Source: an uncultured Bacteroidota bacterium (GTDB taxonomy: Bacteria; Bacteroidota; Ignavibacteria; UBA10030; UBA6906). From it: a stretch of 64,000 nt of DNA. The stretch lies in contig CAVOYH010000005.1 of NCBI GenBank assembly GCA_963700635.1, positions 96,001-160,000 of the forward strand. Reading direction: 5' to 3'. The notes beneath the pieces were generated by a model. It was given only the letters and a program-made list of their open reading frames with translations. It was not told the origin of the DNA and did not search any database. Both the position numbers and the translations under genes were made by a program. Positions 60,045-64,000 of this stretch are shown in pieces (the first letter of the stretch is position 1; the number at the start of each line of letters is the position of its first letter).

Positions 60045-62333
60045 ATGAAAAGGATATATATGTCTCTGCTGATGATTCTTGTGAGCATTGGCGGGTTCAC
60101 AACAAACTCTTTTGCGCAAGAATTCTACGACATTAACACCATTCAGACTATTTCAATAACGTTTTCGCAAAGTAATTGGGACTATATGCTGGATACTGCC
60201 AAAGCCGGAAGCGATGGCTATATCATGGCACAATCAGTCAGCATAAATGGAACTCTGTTTGATAGTGTGGGCGTAAAATACAAAGGGAACAGCAGTTACA
60301 ATCCCAGCTACATTAAGAATCCATTCCATATTGAATTAGATACATACAAAGAACAGGATTATCAAAGTTACAAAGACATCAAGCTTAGTAATGTCTACAA
60401 GGATCCATCGTATTTGCGCGAAGTGCTCTCATATTCCATTCTGCGGCAGTATATGATTGCTCCATTATCAAACTATGCCAATGTTACCGTCAACGGAGCC
60501 TTACTCGGACTGTATGTGAGCTCCGAGTCCATCGGCAAAACATTTGTCAGCAAAAATTTCTATTCCAAAGATAATGCATTCTTCAAGTGCAGTCCGGTTG
60601 ATGGTGCCACTCCCGGAACAACCGCTATACCCAATCTGGTGTATCTGGGCCCCGACAGTGCGAGCTACTCTGAAGCATACGAAATAAAATCTGATTATGG
60701 ATGGATGGATTTACTCACGCTTATGAGCACACTTCAGAGCAATGTAGGCGCTATAGAAAATGTTCTGGATGTGGATAGAGCCTTGTGGATGCTCGCCTTT
60801 AATAACATTCTGGTGAATCTTGATAGTTATATAGGCGTATTTGCACAGAACTACTATTTGTATAAAGACAATACCGGACGTTTTAGTTGTGTGCTCTGGG
60901 ATTTTAATGAGTCGTTCGGAGTATTCAGCCAGACGGGAACAATTAATCTCCCGAATACGCCTGACAAAATTCAGATGACGCATTTGTTGCATGCCGGTGA
61001 CGCGAGCTGGCCGTTAGTACAAAAGCTGCTTTCCGTTCCTACGTATAAGAAGATGTACCTGGCACACTTGCATACAATCCTCACAGAAAACTTTTCAAAC
61101 AATAGTTATTATACGTTGGCGCAGTCAATACAACCAATAATTGATGCTGCGGTGCAGGCTGATCCAAATAGGTTTTTTACGTATCCGCAATACCAAAGCA
61201 ATCTTACAACAGAAGTAGGGTTCGGCCCGAATGCCGTTCCCGGCATTACAGCGTTGATGAATGGCAGAAACACCTACCTCTCTGGGCTTTCTGATTTTAC
61301 GAATACGAAACCAACGATCACCAGCGTCGCATCCAGTGACACAAATCCCAATGTAAATAGCACGATAGTTATTACTGCAAATGTAATTAATACAAACACA
61401 AATGCTGTCTACCTGGGGTATAGAGGGAATAAAGAACATAGATTCACAAAGATCCTCATGTATGATGACGGCGCTCATGGTGATGGTGCCGCGGGGGACA
61501 ATGTGTATGGTGTGTCAATTATTGCAAGCAGTTCGCCACTGCAATACTACATCTATGCAGAAAATAATAATGTTGGAATGTTCTCGCCGGTTAGGGCTGA
61601 ACATGAATTCTATTCGATCACTGTTAATACAACAAGTAGCAGTGATATCGTGATGAATGAAATATATTCAAGAGGCACCACGGCAGATCCTGACTGGATA
61701 GAGATGTATAACGCATCGTCGTCACCAATCGATATCAGTGGTTACAAAATCTATGACAGCGGTGGTGAAGGCGGCACGAAACCCAAGAAAGAACTTCCTG
61801 CCGGGTCCGTAGTTCCTTCTCACGGTGTGTTCGTTGTCGTTACAGACGACACATCCGCAAGTGGTTTCGGGCTTTCAAGTTCTGGCGAGAAAGTGTGGTT
61901 GGAGAACACTGCAGGCGAAGTCATCGACTCGGTGACCTTCCCGGCACTTACCGTCTCCCAGTCCTATGGAAGAATGCCGGATGGAGGCGTGTGGCAAACA
62001 TTGGGTACGATTACACGCGGTGGATCGAATGGTTCACCTACCGGAATTACGGACGACGCATTGAACATAACAACCTATAAGCTTTCCCAAAACTATCCGA
62101 ATCCGTTCAATCCATCAACAACAATCAGCTATCAGCTTGCGGCGGAAGGTCACGCCACATTAAAAGTGTACAACCTGCTCGGGGAAGAAGTCGCTACACT
62201 TGTAAACGAACGCCTGGGCGCTGGATCGTTCACAACGGAATGGAACGCAGCACAATTGCCAAGCGGTATCTACTTCTACCGCCTGCAAGCGGGGTCATTC
62301 TCGGAAACGAAGAGGTTGATACTCTTGAAGTAG
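60045..62333 (+). CDS. CotH-family kinase with a lamin-tail-like domain and a T9SS C-terminal sorting domain
   Basis: Signal peptide; VGVKYKGNSS, REVLSY, GLY...E, N.DSY...QNYYLY and WDFNESFG CotH motifs; MNEI..DWIE.YN LTD; QNYPNPFNPST...SGIYFYRL CTD. Confidence 0.9.
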   Translation: MKRIYMSLLMILVSIGGFTTNSFAQEFYDINTIQTISITFSQSNWDYMLDTAKAGSDGYIMAQSVSINGTLFDSVGVKYKGNSSYNPSYIKNPFHIELDTYKEQDYQSYKDIKLSNVYKDPSYLREVLSYSILRQYMIAPLSNYANVTVNGALLGLYVSSESIGKTFVSKNFYSKDNAFFKCSPVDGATPGTTAIPNLVYLGPDSASYSEAYEIKSDYGWMDLLTLMSTLQSNVGAIENVLDVDRALWMLAFNNILVNLDSYIGVFAQNYYLYKDNTGRFSCVLWDFNESFGVFSQTGTINLPNTPDKIQMTHLLHAGDASWPLVQKLLSVPTYKKMYLAHLHTILTENFSNNSYYTLAQSIQPIIDAAVQADPNRFFTYPQYQSNLTTEVGFGPNAVPGITALMNGRNTYLSGLSDFTNTKPTITSVASSDTNPNVNSTIVITANVINTNTNAVYLGYRGNKEHRFTKILMYDDGAHGDGAAGDNVYGVSIIASSSPLQYYIYAENNNVGMFSPVRAEHEFYSITVNTTSSSDIVMNEIYSRGTTADPDWIEMYNASSSPIDISGYKIYDSGGEGGTKPKKELPAGSVVPSHGVFVVVTDDTSASGFGLSSSGEKVWLENTAGEVIDSVTFPALTVSQSYGRMPDGGVWQTLGTITRGGSNGSPTGITDDALNITTYKLSQNYPNPFNPSTTISYQLAAEGHATLKVYNLLGEEVATLVNERLGAGSFTTEWNAAQLPSGIYFYRLQAGSFSETKRLILLK

Positions 62334-62550
62334 TATGGAAACGGCTGCCTGTCAGGTTCCTTGATAGTGAAGCAGATTCCCTATAAACACGAGATCATGT
62401 GCTCTTAGCATTGTAATGGCGACACCTCCGGCAACAGATGACTTTACTCACTGTGAGGAATGCGAAGAGCACATTGATCAACACTCTCTCAGAGCCTTTC
62501 AGCGTACCAGGTTCTTTGATGGTATTCGTACTCACTTCAAGGTGACCTGA

Positions 62551-63555
62551 CTATAGAGTCCTGGTGGTCAAAGGTGCGCCGGAATGGAAATTCTCCACTC
62601 CAGGATCGCCCGCTGCCGACCGCCCGGCGAGCAGCTCTCCTCCCAGTCTTTCCAGCTGCAGACGCCTGCCAATCTCAACCTCGCGCGCCAGGCTCGTAAC
62701 AATGTTTGCAAGGTCGTACCGGGAAGCATGTGCATCCAGTGAGGCGAGCGCCCTGGCGGTTACTGCGTTTCCCACAAGAGGGCGCAACCGTTTCCTTGTG
62801 CGTTCAATGTTCCCCTGGCAACTCTGCCGGGTGCTTTCCTGAATTGAGCGCATCACACGTTCTTGAATGTCTCGGGATTCGTCGATTTCGCGCTCCAGAA
62901 AGTCCCTGAGCATCCATTCCGGATGGCCGTAATGGACACATTGTCGCTTTCCGGAGTCAATCTCAATAACCGCGCCGTTGGAACAGACGTACCGGAGGAC
63001 AAAATGGTGGACTGAGAGAGCACGGAATCCCGTTTCCGAGTTGAACACATTGTGCCCCATGCCGCACTCATCGCCCGGAACCGGGAACACGCGCGCACGG
63101 ATAGTTGTATACACTCTCATGAAGAAGTCGTTTCGCGATATGCTGGCAACCCCGAGTGACCGGGCCAGCTCAAGTACTTCAAGATCAGAAATGTTGTTGT
63201 ATCTGCCGCTGGTGATCGAAAGTGCCTCTCCATTTTCCACCTTCAACGTCACGTCTCCGCTCCTGATGTTGAGGAGAAAATCGTTCAGGATTGAACTCAC
63301 GGTGTCAATGTTCAGCCGACCCAAATGGCGTGCCGGAAACCCGTACCATTTCAGGAGCTTGTGCAAAAAAACCTCCCTCACCGGGTATTCCGACACGCCA
63401 CCCCTGGACATTCGGAGAAGCAACATGGTGCCGTCATTCACGACATGCAGGTTCTGCGGATCCACCTGGAACTCTTGCAGCCGGCGGTCCCTGAGAAAGT
63501 CCACGACTTCTTCGGGAGCCGCTTCTGCGAACGTCTGACCATGCCTCAGATTCAC
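62551..63555 (-). CDS. DUF932/DUF945-like protein
   Basis: S.RY..I.D..VL, FNSETG..AL.V and LRYVCSNG motifs, C-terminal NIVTSLA...RRL.LERLGG; GTG start overlaps the upstream TGA. Confidence 0.7.
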   Translation of the reverse strand: MNLRHGQTFAEAAPEEVVDFLRDRRLQEFQVDPQNLHVVNDGTMLLLRMSRGGVSEYPVREVFLHKLLKWYGFPARHLGRLNIDTVSSILNDFLLNIRSGDVTLKVENGEALSITSGRYNNISDLEVLELARSLGVASISRNDFFMRVYTTIRARVFPVPGDECGMGHNVFNSETGFRALSVHHFVLRYVCSNGAVIEIDSGKRQCVHYGHPEWMLRDFLEREIDESRDIQERVMRSIQESTRQSCQGNIERTRKRLRPLVGNAVTARALASLDAHASRYDLANIVTSLAREVEIGRRLQLERLGGELLAGRSAAGDPGVENFHSGAPLTTRTL

Positions 63556-64000
63556 CGTTGTTTTGCTCCCTTTGCTCCTTCCTTTTTCCGGAACGCCGCA
63601 AGGTGTATCTGATGGGTATTATAGACCAGTTCAAACCCGGTCACACCTTCCGAATCAAAACGCCGGTCCGTTCCCACGCCGGCCCCGGGGGCTTCGTGGT
63701 ACTGCTGTTCTTCGAGGAGATCGAGGAATTCCAGAGTCCGGTAGCGCGCCTCGGCTTCGGAAAGTTTTGCCTTGGTAGGCCGTTTAGCACCTGCCTCGAA
63801 TGCGGCCCCGCGGAGGAGCTTCGGGAAGTATTCCGCATACACGTCACGGCGGTTAAACACGTCAACCCCGACAAGCGTCTTGCCGAAGAATACCGCCAGC
63901 CCGTTGGCATTTTCGCTCAGCGTAAAATGACTTATAAACGTGGTGAATTCGTCCGCCTTCTCTTTGAAGACATCCGACAGGTTGGATGTCGGAGAGGCGA
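63552..64000 (-). CDS. ARPP-1/DUF6569-like protein (5'-truncated by the window edge)
   Basis: Frame is open to the window end: SPTSNLSDVF...NGLAVFFG..LVGVDVFN...Y..YFPKLLRGAA.EA...GVG.D.R...G..L.....IHLAAF. Confidence 0.7.
   Translation of the reverse strand, partial: ASPTSNLSDVFKEKADEFTTFISHFTLSENANGLAVFFGKTLVGVDVFNRRDVYAEYFPKLLRGAAFEAGAKRPTKAKLSEAEARYRTLEFLDLLEEQQYHEAPGAGVGTDRRFDSEGVTGFELVYNTHQIHLAAFRKKEGAKGAKQR

Overview
Chromosomal segment of a GC-rich member of the Bacteroidota/Chlorobi/Ignavibacteria lineage, inferred from the T9SS-type C-terminal sorting domains and the gene order. Positions ~1-51.3 kb are mostly housekeeping: the 3' part of acs, a heme-biosynthesis operon (ccsA/hemX-like, hemA, C, D, E, H, Y/G, B, L), an Rrf2-led hybrid IscS/SUF Fe-S cluster ending in an Fe/Mn SOD, folP-cdaA-pcm-miaA, tRNA-Pro(CGG), lemA-htpX, der, upp, relA/spoT, cmk-ispH-rpsA, mtaB, truA and comM. 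From the end of comM to the window edge is an accessory region. It holds T9SS cargo genes, an IS3-family element, and an ECF sigma/anti-sigma/Spy-like module that diverges from an operon for a 2x[4Fe-4S] ferredoxin, a di-heme membrane subunit and a Tat-exported AprA/SdhA-like flavoprotein, followed by a T9SS-secreted CotH kinase. All three of these transcription units carry the same GCGC(A/T)(A/G)G-N16-CGTC motif at or just upstream of their 5' ends, which makes this the best candidate for an undescribed system. The window ends in a coupled ARPP-1(DUF6569)-like + DUF932-like gene pair. Other points of note are a SOD with two apparent starts (Tat-exported and cytoplasmic), an unannotated 33-aa very basic ORF, and two candidate structured RNAs. 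Three +1 frameshifts fall in homopolymer runs and are probably sequencing errors. All assignments come from reading motifs by eye; no database searches were run.
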